From positions 26,600,001 through 26,664,000 of the forward strand of contig CM052817.1 of the NCBI GenBank assembly GCA_028534125.1: a DNA stretch of 64,000 nt, read 5' to 3'. The translations under genes were made by a program, and so were the position numbers. Source of the DNA: Lama glama (lineage: Eukaryota). The notes under the pieces are model-generated. The model had not been told where the DNA came from, ran no database searches, and worked only from the letters and a program-made list of their open reading frames with translations. Of this stretch, positions 61,666-64,000 are shown piece after piece (the stretch's first letter is position 1; each line of letters begins with the position of its first letter).

Positions 61666-64000
61666 ACAGTTAGGTACCGTCTCTCAGCGTGCAAGGACTG
61701 GGACGACGTGAACCTTATAAGCTTCTTTAGCTTTGTAACTATCCCTTTGTTTGTTTTTCTGTTGTCCCTGTGTTTGCTTGTCCTGAATTCTTTGGAAGAA
61801 AATCCTTAAGAGAATAAGGGCTTGTATTTGTCTTTGGGGGCAGATGAAATGAGACGATCTTATTCTGTAGCCATTTTGGGGTAAGATAGAGGAGTGATAA
61901 GAACTCCAGGGGGTAGAGGGGACAAGAGCAGCTTTAGAGAGGAAATGGAAACAGGATAAGTCCTTGGGGCTTTCCAGAGAAACAAAGGGGAGTCCAGAGT
62001 CTGGAGCTAGAGAATGGTAGCCTAACAGAAGATGAGAGGGTATTTCCCCATATCCACCATGGGTTTCTCCCTTCTTCCTCTTTTATGAACAGCGTGGAAA
62101 ATACATGAGGGCTATGTAACTTTCTCAGCATGGCTTAAAAACACTAGGGTTGTCTTCTTTGTTCCAATCAGGAAACAGCTCTCAACATCCTCTCTCCTGC
62201 AATCAATGCTTCATTGTTTATGGAACTGAGGAAGTTCTTGGTGCAGTTTGTATAATCCAGACCAGACCTTTAGCACCTAATGCCTCTTTTTAAAAGGAAC
62301 CAAAGTCTCTTTTCTTCCTGACATTTCAAGGCCAAATTGCACCCAACAGCTTTCAAGCATTCTGCCACTTGGCTACCTGTGTGACTCTGGGCATATTTCT
62401 AAACCTCCAACCTGAACGTGGGTCTGTCCTCGATGAAGAGCAGCAGGAGAGAACAGTCTGGCCAAATCTCTCTCCCAGCATCACATAGGTTGTTTTAGCA
62501 AGTCTAACAGACAGTTTTGTAAATGTGTTTCCACTGTATGTGTTCCACTGTGAACATTTTTATCGTCCATCATGTCCTCACACTTTCTGCCCTTGTAAGA
62601 TTCACAACTGAGCTGAGTCCTCGCCTTGTAAAACTCCTTGGCTTCTCCTGTTGCAGGTGAGGAATGGGGCCTGTATCAGCCCTGTGTCTGTAGCTGGATG
62701 CTGGCCAACAATGATGGGAAATAAATTAATGAAAGGTTGCTCACAGAATCTGTAAGGTGGTAGGAGAAGTAGACTTGGAAACTGGGGAGCAGTAGACACA
62801 GTAGACACAGTATGGTCAGGGTGCCACCACCCTTGCCAACCCTGGTCACTGTCTTTGGACACTGATCTTAATGCTAGACTGTCTCAGCCACCATCACGGA
62901 TCCAACATCACTGTATCTATGACTCTGCACAGTTCACAGTCCCGGGTGTTGGGGTCCTCGACCCTTTGTGGTCACTTTGCAGTTGGGGGCAAGAAGTGCG
63001 AGGTTTTCTGCCTTTTCTCTCCTGTACTGTACATGTGTTGGCTCAATCAGAAGATATAGGGTTCGTGTCCTATGGTTAACTCTTGAGATGCTGCTGCCAG
63101 AAGAAGGCTCTGACTCACAATGGGGGATTCCTCAAAATTAGGAAGGGGAATTTAGATGCTGGGCAGCAAAGGGGTGCCCACTGAGGTGCCAAAATTTTGG
63201 ACAGTATTATAAAGTCAGTTTTTTCAACCAAGCCCTTTGCTCTGCCCTCCTCCACCTTCTCTCCTGTCGAGCTCGGGCCTAGCCAAGTTCCGTCATGCTT
63301 CAGTACCCGGGCAGGTGCACCTGCTCCCTTCCAGTGCCTGGAGTCCTGCCATCCATTGCTCAGTGCCAACTGCTTGTTGTTTTAACATTGGGCCTCCATC
63401 CTCAGGGCCTTCTCCTGGGTGAGTTCTTGGAGTCAAGTTTCCTTTCATCTAGCTGCAGGTTGCCAGCTAAGCAATTATAGATCTTGGGACTTGAATTGAA
63501 ATGACCTTTTCTTTCCTTCTTGGCTTTCCTCTGAGGGTCTTCTCTCTCATCCCTGAATATGGCCAGAACGCTAGGTTGAAGTCAGGAGACCCAGACTTGT
63601 TCACTGCGGACTTGGGCAAGTAAAATGACTTGATGAGCCTCAGTTTCCTTTTCTGGGAAGACAAGGGGTGGTGACTATAAAGATTTCCTGAGCTTCTGAA
63701 TCACAGTGATTATGGTTCTAAGTCCAGTGTCTATTTTTTTCTTGCCTCCACTTCTTGGGCTCCTGACTTTCCTGGTTCTCTTCATTCTGATCTGCGTTAT
63801 TCTATCCCTTTGGTTTATTTTTAACAGACCAGCTATGGAGCTAGAATAAAAAGGGGAATTTTCTATTCGTCGTTCAACCCAGAGTTCTCCCACTCAGTAT
63901 CAGGCACACATTGCCCCAAGTCACTCAGCCTGAGGACTCTGACTTTTCTGGGGTCACGAGAGAAGAGCAGAGGGGCTGAGCTCTCGTGTGATCCTCACCC

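Noticed and set aside
24000..64000. A second gene downstream (RBM47 is the recalled neighbour in human)
   Set aside because: No exon or recognisable protein sequence found by eye; a non-coding exon cannot be excluded.
1..64000. CRISPR array, operon or other prokaryote-type or novel multi-gene system
   Set aside because: The sequence is intron-containing mammalian DNA. All direct repeats found are paired TSDs or microsatellites, not regularly spaced arrays.

Overview
This is mammalian genomic DNA, probably camelid (inferred from several tRNA-Ala-derived vic-1-type SINEs). It holds one intact protein-coding gene, CHRNA9 (nicotinic acetylcholine receptor alpha-9): + strand, 5 coding exons at 14753-23723, all introns GT-AG, 1440 nt = 479 aa plus stop. 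A CpG-rich patch lies about 9 kb upstream. The rest is dominated by transposable elements: L1 copies of several ages, L2, MIR, MaLR/ERVL/ERV1 solo LTRs, hAT MITEs and microsatellites. I found no convincing novel multi-gene system. The most unusual signals are retrotransposition oddities: a 28S-rRNA 3'-end retrocopy nested in an L1 5'UTR; a 5'-intact, 3'-truncated tailless L1 with a perfect 16-bp target-site duplication (TSD); a SINE with an extra ~110-nt tail; an L1 with two large internal deletions between TSDs; and tail-only micro-insertions. There are also possible alternative splice sites and regulatory motifs at CHRNA9. Repeat family names come from recalled consensus sequences and need RepeatMasker/Dfam confirmation; boundaries of old repeats are approximate.
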